Part shown: positions 51,047 through 63,806 of the stretch, in pieces
Numbering within the stretch: position 1 is the first letter of the stretch
How the letters are laid out: every line of letters begins with the position of its first letter
Origin: Botryllus schlosseri
Taxonomy: Eukaryota
NCBI GenBank assembly: GCA_051294905.1
Contig: CM119371.1
Coordinates: 11,782,001-11,846,000, forward strand
Direction of reading: 5' to 3'
DNA length: 64,000 nt
Program-made: the position numbers and the translations under genes
Notes under the pieces: generated by a model
Told to the model about the DNA's origin: nothing
Databases searched by the model: none
The model's input: the letters and a program-made list of their open reading frames with translations, nothing else

Positions 51047-51815
51047 CCAGAAGAAAATATATATCATGTATCACAGTAGACAGACCCTTATCGCCTAATT
51101 ACAAGTTGTTGCACCAGCCAACAAAATGCATCGAATATTGTATGCAAGTGAGAGAAATTTCAATAATCCAATCAAATTGACCCGCGATAAGGTCAATTTA
51201 AAACCCATTGCATTTGTATTTGTGTCATTTGATTTTACATACTACTTGACGAAGGCAGCAGTGCAGTATGAAACGCCAAAGATGTCCAGATATTCTTGAG
51301 CAAGTAGTGCGGGATTCCGAGGTAGTTCGTTAGATGTATCGTATTTGTCTTGATGAATACCTCAGATATTCGCTCCACTATATCGCCTTAGTATTATTTG
51401 AAGAAATGAATTTCAGGACATGCCGCATTGTGAACCTATCCCCCAAAGTAGTGTAATCATATCTATATTATCTGCGCCTATCGCCACATTGCGAAAGTCT
51501 ATTTCGGGCCCAAAATTACGGAGCAAAGCTCGTTGCCGACGCGCATGTGAGCAAACCATACGTAAGGGCATGTCACCCGAATTTGCACAGCAGAAAGTTA
51601 TACGAATTTGAATTTAGAAATACCACTGACATTGGAAATTTTAGTATGGTCATTAACGATATAGTAGCATTTGAATAGGAAACTTGAAGTAGATGTAATG
51701 TTCGCGTGAGTTTTCTTTATTCAAGCGGATAGCGTCATGGGAAAGACCACAGATTTTCCGAACAATATAAATATGTATTGAATTAACCCGAATTGAAATA
51801 TAAAATGTCCTTACC

Positions 51816-54171
51816 ATGGTGCATCTGTTATATAGGCTGCCTGGTGCATATTCATAACATAGTCTGTAATTTTACAGCAATGCAGCGACTTTCATCAAAG
51901 AAACCGATTCTCCGACTCACAACACCCGACCGCAGGTCGCTGGAGCGATGAAGATGCCGCGAAGTTTGTCAATGAACTTTACTCAGAAATTTTCACAAGC
52001 CCTTTGCCGACACCACCTCGCAAAAAGAGACATGTGGTAAACACCGAGCCACTGTCTAGTTGGCAAAATACAGCAACAAATCTCCGGTAAGCAGTACAGA
52101 ACTTTGTGTTTTCGATTTCCCTGGAACTCTCCGTAAAAACTAGTTTGTTATCGTGTCACGCTGATTGACTTTGTACAATGAAATTTTTGTACTATGTTTT
52201 GAATGATGCTGATCAGAGCATGAATCTTTATTTTTATATTCCAGATACTTCCATTCGGCAGGAGATCACATTCCCAGAAACTGCGATCCCGAGCGTGAAG
52301 TTGAAATGTCTGTCCCCGTACAAGCGCAATATTTGCAGAATCAACGTCATTTCATCGCCCCCGACCGATTCCTACTCCAGGATCAAAACCATGACAGTGC
52401 CACGACAGACGTCGAAATTGCGTACAATGTTTTTGAATCGCACCACGACGGCATCAGACGTATTGTACATCCGGAAATCGGCCCCCAATCCCCCGAAAAT
52501 TTGCGAATCCTCCTCGACAGGATTGGTTGGAACTCCTATTGTTTCTCGGATCTTCGACGAAAGGCGCTGGAGAGCATGAATTCCGGGACCAAGTAAGTTT
52601 GAATTGTTTGAACGTTGTGAAGGACAACGAAAGAAAAATCTTGTAAGATATATTTGATTAACATTGACTTGCACAACGCTATAGACAAACGCATATGATT
52701 GGTGCGATCTAACAGTTTTCATTTCAACAAATTGTGTACATTTGGAGCTTTGATACTGTCGGGGTGTCTGTCATAATTTTTAGTGAACTAATCTTGTAGC
52801 CACGATTCGTTACATCATACTCAATATCTGACCGGAATCACTCATATTTTTGTGTCTATACTTCTACTATCCTGTGCATATGTCTCTTCCATTATCGATA
52901 ACTCGCGTTTTTTGTTGTAGACGAGGAACGAAAAGAAGATACAAACGTCGTATTTCCGTGGAGTTGGACGAGAACAACATTCTCAACATCATTTTGGGGC
53001 CAGCAGCTGCGATGGCGGCAGTGAATCCTCTGTCTCGTCATCCTGGAAGTTACGATGTTGCCATCTTCCTCGCCTTCAAAATGGCGAATTGCGCGGCACT
53101 ACATAATAGCGAAATATATCGCAATATTTCAATGATATTCCCCTATTATACCAGAGCGCACAAAAAGACCTTCCAGGTGAGTGCAACGCTGAACTTACAG
53201 TCGATTCAAAATACGATAGGTTCTATTTGAACGATTGGTCCTCCTCATATCCAGTAGTTTTATTATAGTATAGCAAACAGCAGTTTTTGTTATGCCGTTC
53301 TATTCCGAAGAATAGATAGACTGTCGAAACGATAAGACCATACCGAGAGTCAGAAATTTTTGACGATGTGCATTTATTTGATGTAAGACCATTTAACTTA
53401 GCGACTTACAATATACGTGCTACGTCAATACGCATCCGTATGAATTTAGAATGTATTCGCCCTCGTCGAACACTGGTTATCGTCATGTTTCAATATGTTC
53501 GAACTCTTTCATTTTACAGAGTAGCATACGACATCGCCTGACAACCGCGGCCGATCCCGGAAAGGTAAATGTCGTACTGTACCGAAAGCTGGCGACGTTA
53601 GATGGGTGTGACGCGCAGTGGTCAATAATTGACAGAAATGCGTACGATGAATTAATGCGAGAATTTATCGTTGCAATCAGTTCTAACGAAGCATTTGAGC
53701 AGCTGAAGAGAGCAATCCACGATAACAGTAAGTGTTCTAAGGAAATGGAATTGGAAGCGTCCTGCATCCTGACACAGAATATTTAGACCCTAGCCCAGAC
53801 TATGCTTTGTGGCCGTATGGCACAACTCCTGGTTTAAACGCCACGCTAAGGTGTAAATTAACTTTAGGTAGGGAAATGTTACGTATGTGTATTTTAAATG
53901 TTTTGTTTCGTGATATTTATTTTAAGTTTAATTTTCAGATCAAGTTCGGAGAATATTCGAATACGATCCGCAACTGCGACTGATGGGACGGAGACTGTTC
54001 ACGGGCTTGGGACAACACAGCCGATGTCAGCGAGATTCCTCACTCCACATGACTCATTTATATGGGAGTGGGCGTGAACTTCACGTTACGCCATCGCATC
54101 CGGTGGCGATTCAGAACCCATCTATATCACATAGTCAAGGCGGTATGTCAATTGAAGAGGTGGCGGCGTGA
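51816..54171 (+). CDS. Divergent forkhead-box protein (FoxN/FoxR-like); exons 51816-51818(?), 51878-52086, 52245-52592, 52921-53176, 53520-53727, 53939-54171; ~418 aa
   Basis: Phase-compatible GT-AG junctions. Spliced domain RHPGSYDVAIFLAF..LHNSEIYRNISMIFPYYTRAHKKTFQ|SSIRHRLT..YRK..AQWSI aligns to KPPYSY..I..A..L.LSEIY..I...FPYY...WQNSIRHNLS..F.K..YW. The start exon is uncertain. Confidence 0.8.
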
Positions 54172-54339
54172 GTAAAAGCGAAGATGCCACATTTACCACT
54201 AATAGACTACGGCGCATTGAATGGGAAGACACATGTTATGGGGGTAGCATTAAATGGGGATTAGATTTATTCGACCACGTTGTCAATTTACAAAGAAATT
54301 GCTCTCCATCTATATTGATGTCGATTATTTATGAACAAC

Positions 54340-54345
54340 AATAAA
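54340..54345 (+). promoter_or_regulatory. Candidate polyadenylation signal of the Fox gene
   Basis: AATAAA about 170 nt after the predicted stop. Confidence 0.5.
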
Positions 54346-55376
54346 CTTTTATTATGGACTTGACGTACGTTATAGATCGGATGTATGTACTCCAATATAC
54401 ACGACGCTATAATGACGCTCTGCCATATTCTTCCTCAGTCGGTAGATGTAGATCGAGTCCATTTACTAATTCATTTGGTTTGTTTGTTGCATTTATGGTG
54501 TTCGTCGACTACTATGGTCATTTACACTAGGCTGATACTCTTCATTTTTATTCCGTAGCTGCCTACTTGTAGCACGGCACACTTAGGCTTTTATAAGACA
54601 CCGCTTACACGGATGAGATGACGAGTAGGAGCCTAGATAAACCTCCAACAGTTAGGTAGAAATTCTGGAGGAATTCTCATTTGGTCGCATCCTCAACGCA
54701 GAGATTAGAGGTCAGCTTTGGAATCAGTCGTTAGCGTTCCTTTAGAATGGCCGAGCTTGCTTCACGCAAGCACCAATGAAAAATTAGTATATTCAGGATG
54801 AAATATATTGGCTAGGTATGGGTGGCCGAGAATGAGTCCGACATAGGAAAAACTTAGCAGATTTCGTGAAGATGATATCTGTAGGTTAGTGATTAACAGC
54901 AACAAATGACTTTTCTTGAAATCAACATCATCCTATTTATGTAGGAATTGGGTTGACTTTTATTATTTCAAATTGAATTTCGCAACTGCATTTCTTGACA
55001 TACGTGGCCATGTCTTGAAATTCCACGCATTCGATTTGATATTAACGAGTACCACAAAGATAGGTGGTGGCGAATGTAATAATAACGCGTAACACTTCTG
55101 ACCAGTGATTCCCAACCGCGTCCCTGAGGGCCGCATGCGGCCCCCAGCTAGTCTTCTTGCGGCCCCCACAAAAATATTGAGAAATCGATTTATGAAAAAC
55201 AAATATATTTATAAAATACTCTTGCTTGGGCTGGAGTCTGGAGTTTTCAATTAGGATTGCAGGAAAGTTGTGAGTAGACTGCTAAGATTACGTCACTGCT
55301 GTTTCGATGCAATGTGCCCTAACTTTCCAGTTGAACGGGCAGTACCTATAGATATAGGTATAGATAAAGGTATTGA

Positions 55377-57060
55377 CCGGACCGTAACTGCCGCACCCAA
55401 GCCCCCCAATTGGGGGGAGCGAGCTCGAAGGGGAACCAAAATTATTTAGTGACTTAGCATAAATTATGGAGTATTTTATGAAATTTTATGCAACTTTTTC
55501 AAAGATTTTTCGCGCCGCGCGCGATTTCAAGTTTCCAAGTACCTTAATTATTGGGTACTCTTCGACCAAGATAAATACGCAAGATTTATAGAAGTGGGCA
55601 TATCGACGTTGGCCATTACCGCGCCACGCCGCATGAAGACATATAAAGTTTTAGACCATGTCACATATTACTCAAAGAAGTGTGCCAGAACGATCGGCAG
55701 CGAGAAAACCTTGGCCGAAAAGGACTGCCCTTATGCTGACCGAAAACTTCGTTATGTATATTCAAAATACATATAGGTATAATTGACCATAGGCGCCTAA
55801 ATGACTGGCACCGAATGTTCCTGTCTTGGCAATCTGAACGTCACGAGATAAATAGGCTACCATCCCGCAAGGAAGAATTATATGCCAGTGAAGAACTACC
55901 AATTTGAAATCGTGTGCATCTTTTAGTTTAGTATGTTTGGGCGATTCTATATTTCTTGATATAGCAGACTGGAGGTCACGAAATAACAAATAACATGTAA
56001 CGAAGTCGATCCAACGGGTCCACCCGTCCGAATATGTATAATTATTATTTACGGGCCCTACAGTTTCGAAGACACCTCACTCTGCTCTACCGGTAAATCT
56101 GATTACGTGAGCAGAGAAGACAAGTAATCGATAGCAATATATATGCAATTCCCGATCTTATTGACATATTTTATTTTGAATGATCGAAAATTTTCGCGCT
56201 CCACGCTGGCTCACTAAACGGGGATCCTGATTTCGTGGCTGAAGCAAACAACGGCACTGGGGGTCGGTTTATCACCCTATGGGAGCTCAAGACCTAAGTG
56301 TTTTGGGGGCCGGACGAAGTGCTGTTTCGTTCCTGCCAACGGGTATACGCCCGAAGATGCTTAATTATTATTGAGTGGTCCTACCTTTTCAAACACAACT
56401 CACTCGGCTCAACCGGTCAATCTGATTACGTGAGCAGAGAGAGGATAAAAATTGATACCAATATATATGCAATTCCCGGTTATATTGACCGATTCAATCA
56501 TAAATTAGAGAATTTTTTCGCGCCTCGCGCGATTAGTCGAGAGAAGCTGCCTAAAACGGACAGCCCTTTAGATGATAAATAGCGGTAAACAGCCATCCAG
56601 CCTGAGCGGGTTTGGGGGCTTCGAAGTTCTGTTTATCATAGGCTTACCATACGTCCTCTTTTAAGAGGATTTGTCCTCTTTTTTGACTTTTTTGAAAGTG
56701 TCCTCGGAGAACGCACTTTTGTCCTCTTTTTTGAGATTTTGTCCTCTTTTTTGAAAATTTAGGTCAGATTTAGAGCAAATTGCGAGTGATATGCCGCAAA
56801 TTAGCACAGAAGTGACGCTCCGGCGGTTATTTCGGAGTGAAAAACGGGGAATTTAGCTCTGAGGGTAAAGATGACCTTTTTTTTTTTTAGTCATCCTCCT
56901 GGAAATGTGGAGGAAAAAACGGTATTTTAAGCTCTGAGCAGAAGTGATGACCTTGGTAATATGGTAAGCCTAGTTTATCACCCTATGGGGGGCCCAAGAG
57001 AAACGTTTTTTTTTAAGGGCGGGGGGGGGGGGGGGCTGACGAAGTGCTGTTACGGCCCTG
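55377..57060. mobile_element. hAT element (CAGGGCCGTAAC-type ends) nested in 55103-57493
   Basis: ccggaccgtaac...gttacggccctg termini; TSD ggtattga; internal ~325-bp direct duplication (tctgattacgtgagcagaga at ~56098 and ~56421). Confidence 0.85.
56639..56972. mobile_element. hAT (Blackjack-like) MITE, copy 2, internally deleted
   Basis: Highly similar to 47824-48277; TSD gtttatca. Confidence 0.93.
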
Positions 57061-60000
57061 GGTATTGATAACTAATTTACGGATAGATGTGCAACAAGTG
57101 ACTCACGATTGAATACGCCGAGATGGGTACTGCTGAGCCGGCAAAAAGCAGCATAATTGGTAGTCCTATAGCTCGCGACCCTAGCGTCTGAATAATTTGA
57201 TATGTCGGTATTTATCGAAAGCAATTGTCGCACTGATTCCAAAAATACGAATTGAAATCTCGCCAGGGCAATAAAACTACTCCGAAATAGCCAGCAAGGG
57301 TTGATTGTTCTGAACAACGGGAGCGCGGCAACACTATGGCCAATGGCGTCAAGCGAATGATCGGAACAATGCCAATTTTCATATTTTGGTGACTATTTTA
57401 GGTTCCTTTCATTGCCTAGGTATTCGTGCGGCCCCGGCCGTACTCTGAAATTCTAAATTTGGCCCTGCCACCGAAAAAGGTTGGGAACCACTGCTTCTGA
57501 CGAATCATTTGGCTATGATCGCAACAACAAATATGGCATTAAAGTGACACACAATTTTTTAATGAACATATTACGTCGCGCCTAGTCATTTCTATCTAGC
57601 ACGGAAGCGGTTAACCCGTGGCCCGCGAGGTAATTCTCGAAATTGGTAACAATAAAAAAGTAGATTATGAACGTAATTTATTGTGAATTTGCAAGACCTG
57701 CTTGCAAGGGATCTTGATGACTAACATATCAGTTCCAACGCATTGGCGTCGCCAGCGGTCACCCACATTTTTCACTGATCTTCGTATATGGCCAAAAATT
57801 AAATTATTTCGTAACAATTTTTTTGACCTGATCTTTCTGTTAGAACTGCGCGTGGTTTAGTGTCAGTAGATTCTTGCTATTAGTATTGGTAACCCTTCCT
57901 GAAAGTTAAAAATACGACCAATTAGAAGATTTGGGTCCGACTATATAATCGCGATTGTGGGAGAATGTGTCGTTCAACATAAGACTTCGTGTTTGCACTC
58001 GCAGAAACAAAGTCGGCGATGAAAGCATTGAACAATTTTACATAGGCCTACGCATCTTTTATATTTATATGTCCAAGCGCCGAATAATCCTGTCCTTGCC
58101 AAATGTGCGCAGCGATATACAGAGTTCACCAGCAATATATGCAAGTGACATTATTATTGACCGAATTCAATTAACTTGGTGCGGTTACGTCAATGAGGCA
58201 CACTGACTTGTCATGACACATTTGTTATTGATTTTATGCGTAGTGACAGAAGTCTTGTTTTCACCGTACCCAATCCAGCTCGCTCCTATAGGACGACTAA
58301 AAAAGACCATCACCATCATAGGGCCCGCGCGATGGTTCGTAAATCTCGTGTGACCTTTCGGCCGAAAAGATTCGCCGCGCCTGATCTAGCAGTTCATCTT
58401 AAAGTTATTGCGGAAAATGGTTATGAATATCACAGGAGAAAATGGATCTTTGTAAACATTTCGAAGGCACCGTGATTGACCCTAATAATCCAACTCTCTA
58501 TTTTTCCACAATCTCAAACAAAATGTATCTAAACAGCAAAATATTTGTATCGGTCGGCTATTGGTAATATAGCAATTAAAATGCGTCTGCACGGTAGCAT
58601 AATTCATCTCTGACAGCCATTCTGTTGATGGGACTTCTGGAGTTATAGTATAGTAAGGAAGCGAAACTGCCTCGTGATTTTCCAAATTTATAAAAATACA
58701 ATTTGGGTTATCAACTACTTTTTAAATTAGGAGGATTCGCGGACCCCTGGGGGTCCGCGAACCCCCGGTTGAGAACCACTGCACAAGAAGGAACTGTTGA
58801 TCACGCACGTTGGGAATGTCTAGTCCGCCATTTTGTTTCACAACGCGAGTCGGGAAACGTCAGCGATAAACCAGCATGTGTTAATTTTGCGCCGGCGAAA
58901 TCGAACGCAGTTGGCAAAACCAAGACACGTGACACTAGCCTAAAGCACGAAGTCTAAGACCTGCTCTATCCGAACACTAAAGTCGAATGCCACTAGGCGA
59001 GCGGCTGATCCAGCTGAAGCCCAAAGCTCAGACAACATGATGGGATCCTGAAAATTCAATTCTGTATTTTAAGTCATCGAGGTTTTCTGGAATGATCATG
59101 GATAGGTGACTTTTTGTCAGAGGTGGTTGATGTAAACAGCGTTGCTACTGAAGTAGTGGAAGTTTTGCTACAATGATTTATTCAGGTTCAAATATAAGTG
59201 GCGAAAATATAAATCTGTAAAGTACTTTTAAAAAGTTCGAAAAGTAGATTTGGTTGTTGGCTCGCAGTTAGTTGGAAATAGTCACTTTTGAAATTGCAGG
59301 TTGAAGCTTTGTGACTACCACAAAGTGACCATTGACCAATGAATATGTGGGTGCCATTTTCAAAGACATTCAAAACCCAAGGATATTCCTGGCAAAAATT
59401 AAGTTGTGATGTTGTTGATTAGTGAGCGGTAGGGAAACACAATCACCCTAGGCAAACCTGCTCAAGTACTCAGAATAACTAGAATTACTTCTCTAAAAAC
59501 TATCTCTGCTTGATATTTATTTATCTTTGATGTTATTGATGTATTAATATGATGGAAAAGCGACACCTCAAGTTGGAATGATGGTTGTGTCACTTGCAAC
59601 TATATGTGAATATACGCCCCGTTGGTCGTCACAATGCTAGAGCACAGTGATTACGTAAAATCGCGAGTCGTCAATGTGTGAATTGGATTTGCGATACGCG
59701 CATGACGCGCGAAATTTAACTTGTGAACCGTGTGTACGCGAGCCCGCGTTTATATGGTAGTGGTCCGCCAGCCTAATCAGAAAAAATCCCAGACGCGAAA
59801 CAGAAATGCGTTTCTAAAACTATTCAACACGTTAACGCTAGTAGTCACTTATAAAAATACCCATTGTATCGTATATCGTTGCTAGTTCCTCAAATAAGTA
59901 TTGCTGAGGAAGCTTTTGTTTACAGCACAACTGTGTATTAGAGGTCTTCAAAAATGACTTTTTTTCTCAAATCGTACTGGCTACGTGATAAAATTGTTAG

Positions 60001-60130
60001 GTTATCTAATTTAAGCCTACACACCAAATTTGGTTCAATTCCAACCAGCAGCCGCATTGCTACAGGAGAAACAGTTTCTATTTATTATATAAAAATAAAT
60101 AACATATTATATAAAATTTGAAAATTTTCT

Positions 60131-60343
60131 GTTCACCAAATTTGGTTCAATTCCGACCAGTGGAAGCGGAGTTATTGCCGTCAAAAAATTCGGAATATGA
60201 ATGAAATAGTATTTACGGTGACCAATTCTTTAATTATCTATTATATTGGTGCCCACCGTAAATACTATTTTATTCATAATCAAATTTTTTCGACGGCAAT
60301 AACTCCGCTGCCACTGATTGGAATTGAACCAAATTTGGTGAAC
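60131..60343. repeat. Imperfect palindrome with ~90-bp arms
   Basis: gttcaccaaatttggttcaattcc...atagtatttacggtg mirrored by caccgtaaatactat...ggaattgaaccaaatttggtgaac; an extra direct copy of the arm start at ~60022. Confidence 0.85.
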
Positions 60344-60399
60344 ATCGTAGATCACGTAGAGCTCATAAAAAAATGAATACAGAAAAAGAGGACTGACAG

Positions 60400-61175
60400 A
60401 CAATCGAACTATTTCATGAAAACCAAACAACCCAGTAAGCAAACTGGGATTCGCTCACCCTTGAGAAATCGCGGATGAACCTTATACTAAAAAACGAAGA
60501 GAAAATTATCAATTTCAGATTAGCAAATGAAGGATAGCTATTCGGCGAAGCAAAGAAAAAACGAAATTTACTGAAAGTTAGAAATGGAAAAACAGAAACC
60601 CACAAATGCAGCTTGTGTCAGATGGAAAATGACACAATCCAACATGCATTTGGGCGATGTAGATTTACACAAGACATCCTGAAAAAACTAGCAGTAAAAC
60701 TCGACATCAGACTCAGAGATCCGGAGCTCATATTGCAACATCAAGGCACAACGAGCGAATCAGCCATAGCCCTGATTTCGATCATCAAAAAAGTCATCCT
60801 GAAATACAAAAGGAACCTAGACATTGAAAACAAAAAACCCGAAAACGACGAAGAGGAAAAAAGAAACTTGACCCAAAATATCCTGCGGAATTTGGCGACA
60901 CGAATATGAAAATCGCCAACCTGGAGACATAGCGACACCCTGAAAAACATCGAGGAAAAAAGCGGAAGAACCCCTAATCTGAAAGGGAAAACAGACACCG
61001 AAAACACAAACCTGAAGAATCGAATGGAGGTTGAAAATGAACGACGATGATGACGCTGGACGATGACGACGAAGGATCCAAAGGAAAGAAAGTGAATTTA
61101 CACCCTATTTGTGTTTATGCAAATTTTACTCGACTTTATTGTAGTGAAATTTTGATATAAGAAATAAATATATAG
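60400..61175 (+). mobile_element. L1/Tx1-like LINE 3' fragment (zf-RVT CCHC region)
   Basis: ANWDSL..NEEKIINFRLAN..HKCSLCQMENDTIQHAFGRC, A-rich sense strand, stop at 60909, AATAAA at ~61163. Confidence 0.68.
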
Positions 61176-62102
61176 GTGACCAAGGTCACCACGATAAAAA
61201 AAACTGTATGGTGTATGTAATGCGATGGTGGCTTGACATCGGATTTCCCTGAGCGAGAGGGATATTCATGTTAACTCGCTGGTAAATGCCCCGGTCAAAG
61301 AGGCATTTTAAGGAAAACAAATTAGATTAGAATTAGAATTAGAGCATAGGAACATGTCACAAATTAGATTAGGATTAGAATTAGAGCGTAAAAACATTTC
61401 ATAAATAATATTAAACTTAGATTACTGGCATTTTGTTCTAATTTAGTGAAATTAGACAATTAGAATTTTCTAGTTGTCCAAGTCTGCCGTCAAACATGGT
61501 TGTAAACCGCGCGGTTCGTCAGATATCGAAAAATGGAAAATACATATAAAATTTACAAATGGGCGTGGTCAGTGAGTGGTCATCAAGGTCAAGTGCATGA
61601 TCAAGACTCAATCGGACCCCTATCGTCCGGTTTATGGCATAAAACAACGCAATACGGTTCCTTTTGTCATATCCAAGCATTTGCAGGCATAGCAAACCAG
61701 TTTATGACTCATATGCCGTCTGGATTTGCTCTTGAACTTGACCTAGATCTTGAAAATCACTGAAGCGTGACCAAAATTAACAAATCTCCCTCAGAAAACT
61801 ATCCAGAACACGTTTTGATGTTTGAAACGGTGACAATTTATACAGAATACCGTACATGTCGACTTCTGATGTTCTGGCAGATTTTCCGACAATATTTCCC
61901 ACTCGGAAAATATCTGGAAATTTTAGGTGATAACCATTTTTTCATTGTGTTTTATTTTTATTTTTATTTTTGCAAACCAAAATTTTTGAGTAAGGTACCA
62001 AATGCATCGGAAAAGTCTCAGCTTTTCCAAAAACGTAGTCCCCGATGTCTTTGGCGTGTCAACATGGAGAAATCGGTGTCGGAGACATGCCATATCATAT
62101 AT

Positions 62103-63486
62103 CAGTGGTCGGGAACCTATGGCTCGCGAGCCATATATGGTTCTTTTGGGCATAAGATATGGCTCTTTGCGGAATTCCTATTTTTGTGCTTAATGTATCG
62201 ATATTGCAGCAACTTGTTTTCAAATCTTCAGCACGACCAGTATCATTATTCTTGTGGCAGTATGAACAATAAACATGTCTTTGAGAGTTTAATACAGTGG
62301 CGTATTCGGGGTTAGGGGTCCGGACCCCCTTTTCAAAAGTCCTCAAATTTAAGTTTCTGTCGCGCCGGCGTCCAATATCCGCCACGAAATCTTGGATTGC
62401 ACGTTATGTTGATTGATCAAAGAGAGTAGGAGACGTTGTGGAACCTGTATCAGAAAGCAGTTTTCAAATTCACATTGTCTTCCTGATCTATTGCGAGAAA
62501 TAAACTACCGTGGAAGTGACATTCACAATTACAAATTCAAATTATAAACAGCGACATAGGTATCCATGATCTTGATTGATAAACTAGCTTTGTAGTCGCT
62601 GTTCAAATGTAAGCGTGTGGCGCAACGTTATGTTACCGCCGAAAACTTTTACAATTGAGAAGTCTAATCGGAATCAGTGCAACAATTACATTCGATTAAT
62701 ATCAGTAATTATAAATTCTATGGTATTTACGATGAATTGCGCTGTCACAGGTAAGACACCGCCCTGTCGTGCCTCACCTATGCCATACCCCACCTTTCAC
62801 GCTTTATTTTCAAACAATATATAGACAAGTTACACGATTTCGGTGGTAAAAATGTTCCAATTCTAGTGGACAGGTGATGCACAGCGTCCCCTGCCTCCCC
62901 TCACCCCATCACTGACACATCAGACACATCAGTGGGTACTGATGCAGAGTGATCATGTTCGGCTTCGACTACGAATGGGTCCTCGCATTTAAGATTAGCA
63001 TCCAGACGAACATACGATCTCGTATGACCGAAGAAAGACTCAAATTTTGTATGAAGCTTAACCACGACAATTGTCAGCCAGACTATACAAAGTCATCAGG
63101 AGTGCCATGCAACACCAAAAGTCGCATTGACTGTAAAACCGCATGGTCTACGTCTGTATGAAATTGAAATGATTATTGTCTTAAGCTTCGAAAAATATCA
63201 TTTGCTCCTCAGTGCAATACAATTAGAAATAGCCTAGATAACTTGCAAAAGATCTATATAACTCAAGTGTTGCATACTCATTATTTAAATAAAATAAACA
63301 GTATGATTAGGACGAGAAAATAAGGTGCACGAATCCCATGTAGTGATTTCTAATTTGCGCTACCATGACGTCACGATTTTTAAACTGCGACGTAATAGTT
63401 CATTGACATGTATAGCTCTTTGGGAGTTCAAATGAAAAATATAGGGTTAATATGGCTCTTCGGACAAAAAAGGTTCCCGACCACTG
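62103..63486 (+). mobile_element. hAT deletion derivative with dimerisation-domain remnant
   Basis: cagtggtcgggaacc perfect TIR; flanks tcatatat / ccatatat; MFGFDYEW..IQTNIRSRMTEERLKFCMKL at ~62955-63060; same family as 4487-5402. Confidence 0.88.
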
Positions 63487-63513
63487 CCATATATGATACA
63501 CCCACCTGATGTT

Positions 63514-63806
63514 CTGTGGTCGGGAACCTTTTTCGTCCGAAGAATCATATTGACCCTACATTTCCCATTTCAACTCATAAAGAGCCATACATGTCAACCA
63601 GCTATTACGTCACAATTGAAAAATCGTGACGTCATGGTCGCGCAAATTTGAAATCACTACATGGAATACGTCGTTTGCACCTATATTTCCTCTGTAAAAA
63701 CTGGTACTAACCATGCTGATTGTCTTATTTGAGTAATGAGTATGCGAGAATTGAGTAACATAGATATTTTGCAAGTTCTATATTTTCAAGTGTATTGCAC
63801 TTAGGG
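63514..63806 (-). mobile_element. Inverted 3' end of a second copy of the 62103-63486 family
   Basis: ctgtggtcgggaacctttttcgtccgaag... is a diverged reverse complement of ~63200-63486. Confidence 0.82.

Larger units (their letters stand above)
55103..57493. mobile_element. hAT (Charlie-like) MITE with two levels of nested insertions
   Basis: cagtgattcccaacc...ggttgggaaccactg termini; TSD cttctgac. Confidence 0.9.

Noticed and set aside
52178..52722. Overlapping ORFs 52178-52579 (+) and 52372-52722 (-)
   Set aside because: Only the 52306-52596 frame is phase-compatible with the flanking exons leading into the forkhead domain.
58780..58960. Promoter or gene start suggested by a cgccattttg (YY1-like) motif
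   Set aside because: A single short motif with no supportable downstream exon structure.
61490..62100. 182-aa ORF at 61767 and adjacent sequence as a gene
   Set aside because: Low-complexity translation that runs into a hAT TIR; the region looks repeat-derived (possibly Helentron-like) but I could not define ends.
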